Origin: Chromatiales bacterium
GTDB taxonomy: Bacteria > Pseudomonadota > Gammaproteobacteria > JAGRCI01
Direction: 5' to 3'
Length of the DNA stretch: 64,000 bases
Assembly (NCBI GenBank): GCA_020445565.1
Contig: JAGRGI010000081.1
Span: 4,412-68,411 of the forward strand
Under the pieces are notes generated by a model that worked only from the letters and a program-made list of their open reading frames with translations, was not told where the DNA came from and did no database searches. Of the stretch, positions 1 through 8,815 are shown in pieces (position 1 is the stretch's first letter; every line of letters starts with the position of its first letter). A program made the position numbers and the translations under genes.

Positions 1-1538
1 AGACCATAGCCGCGAAAACGCCCGGCACCGACGAGCACAGGCCCCTGCACTTCCTGATCGAACAGCAACAGCGCATGAGTGTGATAGCGATAACCGCCAT
101 CGCTCTTGCGCCGCAGGGCCGGAAACTGACGCGCATGGGGAACGCCCTCGTGCATCGCGACACCATTGAGTATCACCTCGCGGGGTCTGGGCAGACCAAT
201 GCGCTCGCAGGCGTCTTTGATGTTTTCTGCCGCCAATTCCCATTGCGCCGCACCTTTGAAATGGCGATCGAGGACGATGGGCGTGACACTGGCCCAGAGC
301 TTTGACGGCTGCGTCCAGGTATCCGGGGTGAGGCTCTTGGGTGGGATCTCGGCGATTTGCAGAGCGATGTCGCACTCGAACCATCGACCGTTGTAAAGCT
401 TGTGCTCGCGCGGCAGCCCGGTTTGCGCATCGATCAAATAGTCTTCCAGACAATTGCCCGCCTCCGCCGGGTCCAAACCCTCCGGCAAGGCAATGGCCAA
501 GCCCATGATGCGTCCGTCGGCATGGGGAAACCCGCTGAACGACAGTGGTAACAGGGCCATGTGAGGCTGTTCCGAGGGCGCCCCGTCGGGACGATGACCG
601 CTGAACCATTCGGGCGGTGGCTGGCGTCGGCAATGGGCCATGAGACTACCCCTGAAAGACTCCAGCAGGCGCAAGGTAGAAGGCAGAGTGAATGCGCGGC
701 CACGTAGCGTAAACACCAGCAAATGCGGCTGAAAGACCGTCCCCGCCGGGGCCGGTAACAGATCGTCGGGCCGTCGGGTATAGCCGTGCCAGAGCCCGCT
801 CCTGGGACGCAGACTCACCGGCACGCGCTCGCCAAATCGTTCATCGATAATTTGCTTCATGCGTTTTTTCTCCTTACCGGATGATTGGTCCACCCTGGCC
901 CGCAGGCGTGCGTATTCCAGAACCTCGGCACGATTGACGTCTTCCGCGAGGGCTTGCAAACGCCCTGCGGTGGGAACCCGAAGCCGCAGCTTGGGTACGC
1001 CGTTTGTGGGCAGCCAGGTAGCCGGCACGCCCTCATCACTCACCCACATTTGCACCAAAGACGCAGAATGGCCGATATGCGTGACCTTCTCAGCCAGCCG
1101 TTCCAATCCCTCGCGGTGTTGCGCGAGATCGGCATCCCAAATGAGGTGCACGACAGGATCGTGGGGAATAGCGACGGGAAAGTGCCGTTCGTTACGCAAG
1201 CGGTGCTCCGGCAGAACGGCCAAGCCGGCATCCTTTAGCTTGTCCAGCGCATGGCTGCCCGGAACCTCGCGGGAGACGCCGGTATCGTTCACCGGCACGT
1301 AACTGGTAACGGTTTGTCGAAAGCCGGCTTCGGAGGCGGCAAGAGCAGGCGGTGAGAGCGTTTCCAGCCAACGCAGGGCATCGCCCTCGACCGGATCCTC
1401 TCCGGTCTCGAACCAGGCGGCCGCCATGGCCATGAAAACCCGATCCGGATGGAGCGGCCATTCGGCCTGCTCTTTTCTGGCACCATCCGCCGCCGCCATC
1501 GCCCACCCGTTGAGGTAGCGAATGGCGAGTGCGAACAT
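1..1538 (-). CDS. csb2: Type I-U/I-G CRISPR-associated Cas5/Cas6-fusion protein Csb2 (GSU0054 family), 3'-truncated by the window edge. The tracker lists no ORF here because the frame is open to position 1.
   Basis: My translation of the minus strand from the ATG at 1538..1536 gives an uninterrupted reading frame of more than 510 aa down to position 1. The N-terminus MFALAIRYLNGW...EWPLHPDRVFMAMAAAWFE matches the Csb2 N-terminal signature. A glycine-rich RAMP loop (GRFRGYG) is present. The start overlaps the csb1 stop in ATGA. Confidence 0.6.
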   Translation of the reverse strand, partial: MFALAIRYLNGWAMAAADGARKEQAEWPLHPDRVFMAMAAAWFETGEDPVEGDALRWLETLSPPALAASEAGFRQTVTSYVPVNDTGVSREVPGSHALDKLKDAGLAVLPEHRLRNERHFPVAIPHDPVVHLIWDADLAQHREGLERLAEKVTHIGHSASLVQMWVSDEGVPATWLPTNGVPKLRLRVPTAGRLQALAEDVNRAEVLEYARLRARVDQSSGKEKKRMKQIIDERFGERVPVSLRPRSGLWHGYTRRPDDLLPAPAGTVFQPHLLVFTLRGRAFTLPSTLRLLESFRGSLMAHCRRQPPPEWFSGHRPDGAPSEQPHMALLPLSFSGFPHADGRIMGLAIALPEGLDPAEAGNCLEDYLIDAQTGLPREHKLYNGRWFECDIALQIAEIPPKSLTPDTWTQPSKLWASVTPIVLDRHFKGAAQWELAAENIKDACERIGLPRPREVILNGVAMHEGVPHARQFPALRRKSDGGYRYHTHALLLFDQEVQGPVLVGAGRFRGYG

Positions 1539-2743
1539 CAGTCTTCCCCCGTACCCGACTCCGCTGCCAGAACCTGGCTCCGCCGCACCAACTCGACCAG
1601 TTCGTCACTGGGCGTGAGCAGGATCTCCCCTTCCCAAGGCAAACCCATGGCGCGAGCCGCCTCTGCTGCTTCGTTGAACAGCGCGACGGCCTGCCCGGCG
1701 TCAAGGGTGTAGTTGTGCACGGAACCAGGACGATCCAACAGATCCCATGTTGGCTCAGACTGTGCGAATAAATGGCAGCGGGAACGTAGATCCACGTCTT
1801 GCCTTGCCAGGGTACCGGCCAGCAGGGCAAGGGCGGCCAGCAGGGTATGCGCCGAGCTATCGACTTGTGGATCGGAAATCGTCGAATCGCCGAGGGGGAA
1901 ACGTAGGCGACGTACCGCGCTCAGGGATATGGTGGTGGTTTGTACTGCACGGCGAATCGTAAACCCGCCGGCCGATAGGGTTGGCGTGACGTTGCCGTGA
2001 TTGGCTTCCGAGGGCTTTCCCTTGCCATCCTTGCCCAGCTTCTTAGCCTTACCTTGCTGCTCCAACGTCCAATCCGGCTTGTCGGTCGACGGAACCGGAT
2101 TTTCGTAAACGGGGCCGGCCCCGAGCATGATCTGGGCAGGATCGATGCGGCTACCCGTCTTCACGCCGGGTACGGCGCGATAACCGACGATTTCGGAAAC
2201 GATGGCCCGCTGAAACTTGGCCCCCAGGCCACCGCGAGGGCCGGTGGAATCCCAGATTCCGAACACCAATGCGGTGGGACACAGGCCGAACAGGCCCGTC
2301 GCATTGCGAACATCAGCGTGGTCAAGCACCCTGCCCTTTTCCGATTTACGAAAGATGGTGCCCTCGAACAGGCTGTCACGGAACAAGGCATCGGCGACCC
2401 GATGAGGCGCCTCCAGACTGCTTACCTCGAACTTCTTCAAGAGCGCTTGCTGGTCGAATCGCGTCGTCATCAGCGGCAATTGGATTCGCCCGCGCCGATG
2501 GGAATCCAGCAACGCAAGTTCCATGCGATTGGCCTGGCTTTGTACGGAATCCAGCAGTACACAGGTTACGATCTCCCCGGTCGCCGGTTCCATGCGTTCT
2601 TCGGTCGCGTACTTGCCACCCTTGTAAGTGGGGGGAAAGATCTTGTCACCCTCCCCTCCCGCCGGCTGGTAATCCGTGGCGCATCGAAATGCGGCCGCGC
2701 CGCCTGCCACTGCGTTGCGCAGCGTATCAAAATCCAGATTCAT
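1538..2743 (-). CDS. csb1: Type I-U/I-G CRISPR-associated Cas7 (Csb1, GSU0053 family)
   Basis: 401-aa ORF with motifs KIFPPTYKGG and LLDSVQSQANRMELALL that I recall from the Cas7/Csb1 family. A GGAG Shine-Dalgarno sits 9-12 nt upstream of the ATG. The gene is followed by csb2 with an ATGA overlap. Confidence 0.65.
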   Translation of the reverse strand: MNLDFDTLRNAVAGGAAAFRCATDYQPAGGEGDKIFPPTYKGGKYATEERMEPATGEIVTCVLLDSVQSQANRMELALLDSHRRGRIQLPLMTTRFDQQALLKKFEVSSLEAPHRVADALFRDSLFEGTIFRKSEKGRVLDHADVRNATGLFGLCPTALVFGIWDSTGPRGGLGAKFQRAIVSEIVGYRAVPGVKTGSRIDPAQIMLGAGPVYENPVPSTDKPDWTLEQQGKAKKLGKDGKGKPSEANHGNVTPTLSAGGFTIRRAVQTTTISLSAVRRLRFPLGDSTISDPQVDSSAHTLLAALALLAGTLARQDVDLRSRCHLFAQSEPTWDLLDRPGSVHNYTLDAGQAVALFNEAAEAARAMGLPWEGEILLTPSDELVELVRRSQVLAAESGTGED

Positions 2744-2984
2744 GGGTCAGTTCTCCAATGTGGTTCCACTGTCACTGCGCGCAACGCGCAAACTTCCAAA
2801 AAAAGCTGTTCCCGTGCGATCCAGACAAATTCCGGCGCGGTTACACTAATACCACGCCAGCAACTGTCTGCGACGTAGCCGCGTCCTCCAAGTCATCAGC
2901 GTAGTACGCCCTCATGAAATAGGGAAATCGGGTACAACGGTGGTCAGACAGTGAGACCGGAAATATAGCCGAGCGAGTACCTAC

Positions 2985-3048
2985 TCGGCGCACATCCGAG
3001 CTTTCACCTCCTTGCGGCGGGATTCCGCCATTCCCTGGCGGAATGAGG
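2985..3048. repeat. Conserved ~64-nt element, copy 1: hairpin ATTCCGCCA-N5-TGGCGGAAT plus, on the minus strand, the SD AAGGAGGTGA and an ATG. It lies ~245 bp upstream of csb1.
   Basis: About 58 of 64 nt are identical to 29408..29471. The inverted repeat at 3022..3044 is perfect. On the minus strand, a consensus SD complementary to the 16S rRNA 3' end precedes an ATG that opens a 4-codon mini-ORF (MCAE*). Confidence 0.6.
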
Positions 3049-3077
3049 GCAGCGCAGCAATCGAAATCGGCTGACCC

Positions 3078-3323
3078 TCACCCCTCCAACTTCTTCAGCG
3101 CCTTTCTCCCCTTGTTCCGTTGGGCATGGAGTATCTGATAGCGCTTTTTCAGCATGTCGCGCTTTTCACCTTTACCAACCTTTCGGCACTTGGCGAGGAT
3201 GGCCTTTTCCTTCTTTCGAATCTGATCGACCAGCTTTTCCAGTTCGTCGATCTTCTTTTTGCGCCGCTTCGCCCCAAGATCGAGCAGCTCACCCAGGCGC
3301 TCAAGCAGTTTCTTTCCGGTCAT
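3078..3323 (-). CDS. Small lysine/arginine-rich coiled-coil protein of unknown function (81 aa)
   Basis: Complete ORF whose codon usage matches neighbouring genes; it is highly basic, e.g. KRRKKKIDELEKLVDQIRKKEK. It sits between the Na/Pi transporter gene and the cas operon leader. Confidence 0.45.
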   Translation of the reverse strand: MTGKKLLERLGELLDLGAKRRKKKIDELEKLVDQIRKKEKAILAKCRKVGKGEKRDMLKKRYQILHAQRNKGRKALKKLEG

Positions 3324-3490
3324 CGGCGTCTCTCCAAGCTTGGGGCCTTTTCGCTGGCAAATCGCTTTCGAAGGTATTCCCGCGCGGACAACCCTCTCTT
3401 CGGTAAGTGAAGCGGCTCAGGGGCATTTTCGCAAGCAACCCCGAACCATTCCTTGACTGGTGACTGTGCGTAACCACACATGAAGGCTGC

Positions 3491-5284
3491 TCAGCCGGTG
3501 ATTGCCTTCAGCTCCTCTTCGCTGAGCATGACCTCTTGTTCCGCCTCGGTGAGCGAGCGGTTGTGACGCACGAACAGGATCTCACCCATGCCCACCAGAT
3601 TTCGGAAGATGTCTTGGCCGTAGTTGGCGTCGTTCATCAGGGAGGTGGCTTCGTCTCCGGTCAAACGGCCGGCACGAATGGCCTCGGCCATGCGTTTGTT
3701 GAGCACGCTGCAATGCTCGTCGAGCAACATGCGCAGATGGTCCAGTGACAGCACAGGGGTATCTTCAGCGGATTCGGTACGAACCTCATCCAACTCTCTG
3801 ACCAGGGAGGCCAACTGCACCCGCATATTGTCATAGATGGCGCGTCGTTCGGCGTTTGTTGAAAGCACAGCCTCGGCGAGATTCTTTCGCAGGTGTTTGG
3901 CGGCCTTGATGGCCTCGACCATTTTTTGGTTGGCATCGCGCAGCCAGTGGATCTCGCCGGACTGCTGTTCCTCCCAGGAGAATCCGGCTCGGGCGATGAA
4001 GCTGACGATGGCGCTGTACAGGGATTTCACCTGCTGGTCGTAGGCTGAATCCACGTCGAACTCCGGCAGACGCCGCTGTTTGCCCGCAATAGCATTCAGA
4101 TCGTCACCTTCGCGGATCTGCTTTGCCTGGAAACCCAGCTCCCCCGCCAAGACGTTGACCGTGTGACTCCAGACGCGCAGGGTTTCGCGGCGAACGGCCT
4201 CCAGGGCGGTGTCGGGAAAGTCGACGGCGGAATCGGTGAGATACTTGGGCTCGCTGACGGGGGGTCTTACCGTCTTGAACATCCCGCCCAGCAGCTTCAC
4301 CAGCCAGTCCAGCAGGGGCAGCATCACTACCACACCAATGACGTTGAAAATCGTGTGAAATACGGCGAGTTTGAGGGAGTAATCGTCTGCCGCAATGCCG
4401 GTACGGACAGCCACCCAATCGACCGCCGCCACCATCTGGTGGATGAATGCGATGGCGATCAAACCGGTAACGAGGTTGAAAACCAAGTGAGCGGCGGCAA
4501 GGCGTTTGCCCTGTTCGTTGGCGCTGAGGGACCCAATGATGGCGGTGATGGTGGTGCCGACGTTGGCCCCGATGGCCAATGCCAAGGCATTGTCATAGGT
4601 GATCTGGCCGGCCGCCAGAGCGGTAATGGTCAGTACCAGCGTGGCGTGGCTGGACTGCATGACCACAGTCGCGGCGATACCGATGCCGGTGAACAGGAAC
4701 AACCCTGGGTAACCGGCGACGGCGTATTGAGCGAGGTCGAAGCTGTCTTTGAAGGCTTCGAAACCTTCTTTCATGTAATGGATGCCCAGAAACAGGAAGC
4801 CCAATCCGGCGAGGATGTAGCCGACGCCTTTCAACGCCCTGGAACGCTGAAACAACAACAGCACGCCGAAGACGAGCATGGGCATGGCGTAGGCGGAGAT
4901 CTTCACCTTCAGACCAAAGCCTGCCACCAGCCATGCGCCGGTGGTGGTGCCGATGTTGGCGCCGAAGACGATCCCCACCCCGGCAGCCAAGCCGATCAGG
5001 CCCGCGCTCAAAAACGAGATGGTGATCACCGAAACCAGGGAGCTGGACTGCATGAGCGTTGTGCTCACGATCCCGAAGGCCAAAGACTTCCAGCGCCGAT
5101 CGGTCGTGCTCTTGAGTATCCTTTCCAGGGTACCGCCGGCGAAGGCACGAAAGCCGTCTTCCAGCGAGAGCATACCGAAGAGAAAAATCGACACGCCGGC
5201 GGCAATGGTCTTGAAGTCTGGGCTGATCCAGAAACCCCAACCAAGGATGACGAAGATGGTTGGGAGGAGAATCTTTCTCAACAT
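3491..5284 (-). CDS. Na+/phosphate cotransporter family protein (NptA/YjbB-like) with a C-terminal PhoU-like domain
   Basis: 597 aa. The N-terminal half has two repeated membrane domains with GANIGTT motifs typical of Na/Pi cotransporter II-related proteins, and the C-terminal half is a soluble helical domain. Confidence 0.8.
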   Translation of the reverse strand: MLRKILLPTIFVILGWGFWISPDFKTIAAGVSIFLFGMLSLEDGFRAFAGGTLERILKSTTDRRWKSLAFGIVSTTLMQSSSLVSVITISFLSAGLIGLAAGVGIVFGANIGTTTGAWLVAGFGLKVKISAYAMPMLVFGVLLLFQRSRALKGVGYILAGLGFLFLGIHYMKEGFEAFKDSFDLAQYAVAGYPGLFLFTGIGIAATVVMQSSHATLVLTITALAAGQITYDNALALAIGANVGTTITAIIGSLSANEQGKRLAAAHLVFNLVTGLIAIAFIHQMVAAVDWVAVRTGIAADDYSLKLAVFHTIFNVIGVVVMLPLLDWLVKLLGGMFKTVRPPVSEPKYLTDSAVDFPDTALEAVRRETLRVWSHTVNVLAGELGFQAKQIREGDDLNAIAGKQRRLPEFDVDSAYDQQVKSLYSAIVSFIARAGFSWEEQQSGEIHWLRDANQKMVEAIKAAKHLRKNLAEAVLSTNAERRAIYDNMRVQLASLVRELDEVRTESAEDTPVLSLDHLRMLLDEHCSVLNKRMAEAIRAGRLTGDEATSLMNDANYGQDIFRNLVGMGEILFVRHNRSLTEAEQEVMLSEEELKAITG

Positions 5285-5533
5285 CGGCGGTTACCTGAAA
5301 GGCGTTTGCCGACCCAGCGGGGCTTGAGATTGCTGGGCGCTGGGGCGATCTGGGCGGGCTTGTCACCAAACTGTAAAGTTCTATCGGTATTATTAGAAGG
5401 TTTTGCCAGATGTCGCTACAACTCTGTCGGAAAACTTGGTGTGAACTTGATGCTGCACGGCACAGGGGAGCCTCACGACCTTGGTTGAACTCCTTCTCTT
5501 AGTCTTTTATCAGAATGTTTTTATTGATATTTA

Positions 5534-7939
5534 TTAGCCTTCTGCATGGCGTTCAGAGCTAACGCCGGCCAGGGAAGCCACAAGATAGAAGGCGCCTGCA
5601 ACGATCATCGTGACAGCAAAACCGAACTCCACGATCATCAACGCGGCCAGCACTGCCCCAATCACAGAGGCACAACCATTGATGGCCCAGGCCCAGGGCA
5701 ACAGAGCAGCATCGCGCAGGCGGGACATCCCCAGCGGCAGGGGCAGACCGAGCAACACAGCCAAGGGAGCGAGCCAGAACAGGGCGAGGAACATCCGCGG
5801 CAACAACGCAAGATCGGCTGTCTGGCTGAAGATGACGTCGGCGAGCGACCATTGCAGCAGAGCAACGACAAGGATGGCTGCGGCTAACAAAGCAATCGCC
5901 CTGCCACCTGCAAACCGTTGAAGGCGCTCTGCCTGGGAGCTGCCCAGACCGGCGAACAACAGAAAACCGGCAAGGGTAAGAGATAGGGCATAAACCGGCT
6001 CGCCGAGAAAGCGTTGCAGTTGTTGCAGGCAGGCGATTTCGAAGGCCATGAACCCCACACCTATGGCGGCAAAATAGATCAACGTCGGCCAGCGACCGCT
6101 TCTCGTTGGGGCGGAACGCCAGAACAGCGGCACCACAATCAGCAAGCCGGCGAGGGGAATGGCCTGCGCCAGCGTGACGGCCAACAACGCCAGACCCCAG
6201 TCGATTTGCGAATAGCCGGACTGGGCCTCCAGTCGCAGCAGCCGGGGCAATTCCCCCCAGCGCATAAAACGGTGTGCAAATGGCCGGTCGTCCGTACTGG
6301 GCCTGATATCGAATGCGTAATTTGCGACAAACTCGCCACTTTGCGACCCGAGCAAGGCTTGCATGCCCTGGCAATAGGCCGGCCGCTCGAGCCGGTTGTA
6401 ACGATTGGCGTCGGCACAGGACGTGACCGGGTCGGCGTTGGGTCGAAAGGCGATGTCGAAAGAGCGGGATCGGGCGAATCGGGAGACCTTATCGATCTGC
6501 TCGCCGGTGATGGGATCTTTGGCAAGCAACAGCAGACCGGTCTTCCAGCCACGCAGGTAAACGAGGCGCTGGTCGGCATGTCCGCTTTCCGCCAGAGCCT
6601 CTCGGGCGGTGTTGAACAGGCGCAAGGAAGTCTTGGGCGGCAGGCTAAGCCAATGGGCAATGGCAACGAAGCCGCCCTCTCCCAGCAAGGCCAGGGCTCG
6701 CTCGAAGGCTTCACGCGTCAGCACCCAGTCGGCCTCGGCCGCATCCAGGCCAGGGGCGACTGGCGGGCCTCCCAGGGTACGATCCAGCAGGATCAGGTCC
6801 AGCCTTCCTGTCCCGGCATCCAGCACATGGCGTGGAAAGGCGATGTATTCCTGCACGCCTGCACGCTCGTACACATTTCCACTGAACGCAGCCAACCGCT
6901 GACGCAGAAGTTTCCCTCGCCCCGGTATGCGTTCCACCACTTCAATGGACTCGGCCCCATGGTGAATCGCCTGCAACAGCGGCAGCCCGCCTGCGCCATC
7001 GAGCAACAGCACGCGCGGATTTTGCACAAGCGCGTAGGGTAAGGCGGAGACGAGATAGTCGGTGAAGATAAGGCTGTCCGGGTCACCATCGAAGCGCGTC
7101 AGCGCGCCCAGGGAATCGCCGTTGAGAAACAGCGCCATCTGTTCGGGGATGGGCGTGGCGGCGCCCAGACTGATCCCCGGCGCGTGACGAATGGGAATGC
7201 TGTCGTTGCGAACCACGCTGAAGACACCTTCCACCCCGCTGTGCTCAAGCAAAACCTTCGCCCCCAACACTTGCCGGGCCTGACTCAGGTCCTTGTAAGG
7301 AGACGGTTCGGCTTCAAGCAGTATGAATGTGGGGTAGGTGGCAAGGCCGATCAGGGCAAGCACGGCCGCGTCCCAGCCGCGTGACAAGGCCATCTCCCGG
7401 CGTGCCACCAAGGCCGCCAGGACACCCAACAGCGAAACAACCGCCAGCGCCTGAACGGGAGCAAGCATCGCGAGCAACAGCAAAATCAGACCGGCGCCCA
7501 TGGCCGCACCGGCGAGATCGTAGGCGTAGAGCCGCCCGACCTCGCTGGACCGGAAGCTCAACGCCATGCCGATAGCGCATCCCACCGCCAGGAAAGGCAG
7601 GCTCAACAGCAGGAATTGCAGGCTCAGCCAGCCGAGTTGACGGTAGTCCCAGGCCAGTTCCAAGGGGTTGAACGGTACATGCTGCGCGAGCACGAAGCTG
7701 GCCGGCGCGGCCACGGCGAAACCGATTGCCGACACCATAAAGGCAAACTCAAAACGCGGTTGCAGCCACCTGCGCAGCAGGGCGACCAAACTGCCCCCGG
7801 CCCCGAAACCCAACAACGCCAGACTGATGGCGATGGCGGCAAAGTGAGACCACTGAACAATGGCGAACAGGCGAGTGAGCAACACCTCATAGGCCAGTGC
7901 CGCGCAAGAGAGCAGGAGAATACCGAATCTGGGCGCCAC
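5534..7939 (-). CDS. Spermidine-synthase-like (polyamine aminopropyltransferase fold) protein fused to large multi-TM domains
   Basis: 801 aa with 6-7 TM segments at the N-terminus, a central SpeE-like Rossmann region (LLLDGAGGLPLL...) and further C-terminal TMs. The start codon is GTG. The stop lies 5 nt from the pcm stop-proximal end, so the two are co-oriented. Confidence 0.65.
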   Translation of the reverse strand: MAPRFGILLLSCAALAYEVLLTRLFAIVQWSHFAAIAISLALLGFGAGGSLVALLRRWLQPRFEFAFMVSAIGFAVAAPASFVLAQHVPFNPLELAWDYRQLGWLSLQFLLLSLPFLAVGCAIGMALSFRSSEVGRLYAYDLAGAAMGAGLILLLLAMLAPVQALAVVSLLGVLAALVARREMALSRGWDAAVLALIGLATYPTFILLEAEPSPYKDLSQARQVLGAKVLLEHSGVEGVFSVVRNDSIPIRHAPGISLGAATPIPEQMALFLNGDSLGALTRFDGDPDSLIFTDYLVSALPYALVQNPRVLLLDGAGGLPLLQAIHHGAESIEVVERIPGRGKLLRQRLAAFSGNVYERAGVQEYIAFPRHVLDAGTGRLDLILLDRTLGGPPVAPGLDAAEADWVLTREAFERALALLGEGGFVAIAHWLSLPPKTSLRLFNTAREALAESGHADQRLVYLRGWKTGLLLLAKDPITGEQIDKVSRFARSRSFDIAFRPNADPVTSCADANRYNRLERPAYCQGMQALLGSQSGEFVANYAFDIRPSTDDRPFAHRFMRWGELPRLLRLEAQSGYSQIDWGLALLAVTLAQAIPLAGLLIVVPLFWRSAPTRSGRWPTLIYFAAIGVGFMAFEIACLQQLQRFLGEPVYALSLTLAGFLLFAGLGSSQAERLQRFAGGRAIALLAAAILVVALLQWSLADVIFSQTADLALLPRMFLALFWLAPLAVLLGLPLPLGMSRLRDAALLPWAWAINGCASVIGAVLAALMIVEFGFAVTMIVAGAFYLVASLAGVSSERHAEG

Positions 7940-7943
7940 CGAT

Positions 7944-8687
7944 TCAACGTTTGCCGGTGAGCGGAACGAACGCCACGGGAAGTATGTTGCGGGTATTGAG
8001 GCTGCCGTCTGCCTCCTTCTCCACCAGCACCAGGTCCTGAGCGAAAAACCGCCCGCCTACCGGGATGATCATGCGACCGCCGGGTTTTAACTGCTGCACC
8101 AGCGGCGGGGGGATATGGTCTCCGGCGGCGGTGACGATGATGGCATCAAACGGCGCTGCTTCGGGCCAACCGAGGTAGCCGTCGCCGATTCGAACCTGCA
8201 CATTGTCGAAACCCAGCCGCCGCAGACGTTCGCCGGCCTCTTCCCCCAAGGGCTCGACGATTTCGATACTGAACACCTTCTCCACCAGGCTGGACAGGAT
8301 GGCCGCCTGATAGCCGGAACCGGTGCCCAGCTCCAACACACGGTCGGTGGGCTTGAGTTCGAGAAGCTCGGTCATGATGGCGACGATATAGGGCTGGGAA
8401 ATGGTCTGGCCCAATCCAATGGGCAACGGCCGGTTCTCGTAGGCGGATTGGCGCAGATCCGGGGGCACGAATTCATGCCGCGGCACCGCCAAGATCGCCC
8501 GCAACACGCCTTCGCTCATCTGCTCCCGGCCCAGCGCTTGGGCGGTACGACGGTAGTCCTGCTGGATTTCATCGATCAGAGCCATGCGTGCCTCCTCGTG
8601 GGTGTCCTGCGCCGGGTATGCGCCAGTGGGCAGAATGAAAAGCATCAACGCCACCAAGGCCGTGAAAGTTTGCTTGAAGAGGGACAT
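7944..8687 (-). CDS. pcm: Protein-L-isoaspartate O-methyltransferase, predicted secreted form with a signal peptide
   Basis: Motifs [23 protein letters not shown] and IIVTAA. I chose the ATG at 8687 because the perfect SD AGGAGG lies 6 nt upstream; the tracker's longer ORF would start at 8705. Confidence 0.85.
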   Translation of the reverse strand: MSLFKQTFTALVALMLFILPTGAYPAQDTHEEARMALIDEIQQDYRRTAQALGREQMSEGVLRAILAVPRHEFVPPDLRQSAYENRPLPIGLGQTISQPYIVAIMTELLELKPTDRVLELGTGSGYQAAILSSLVEKVFSIEIVEPLGEEAGERLRRLGFDNVQVRIGDGYLGWPEAAPFDAIIVTAAGDHIPPPLVQQLKPGGRMIIPVGGRFFAQDLVLVEKEADGSLNTRNILPVAFVPLTGKR

Positions 8688-8815
8688 GGGTTTCCTCCTG
8701 CGCATTGGTCACGACACGCCGCATCGGGGAAAATACCGTACCTGTAAATTTAGCCCCCTGCGACGGCAGGGCCACACCACAGATCAACTCAAACCGCGAC
8801 GGTTCAAGCTTTACA

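Noticed and set aside
1997-2904. Two overlapping + strand ORFs (293 and 211 aa) opposite csb1
   Set aside because: Antisense shadows. The Cas7 motifs, SD and translational coupling to csb2 support the minus strand.
4163-5488. 441-aa + strand ORF over the Na/Pi transporter gene
   Set aside because: Antisense to a clear multi-TM transporter, and its Gly/Asp/His-rich translation is implausible.
5285-5533. Pho box upstream of the Na/Pi transporter gene
   Set aside because: Only a weak partial resemblance (TTTACAGtttgGTGACAA) to the CTGTCAT-N4-CTGTCAT consensus; not reported as a feature.
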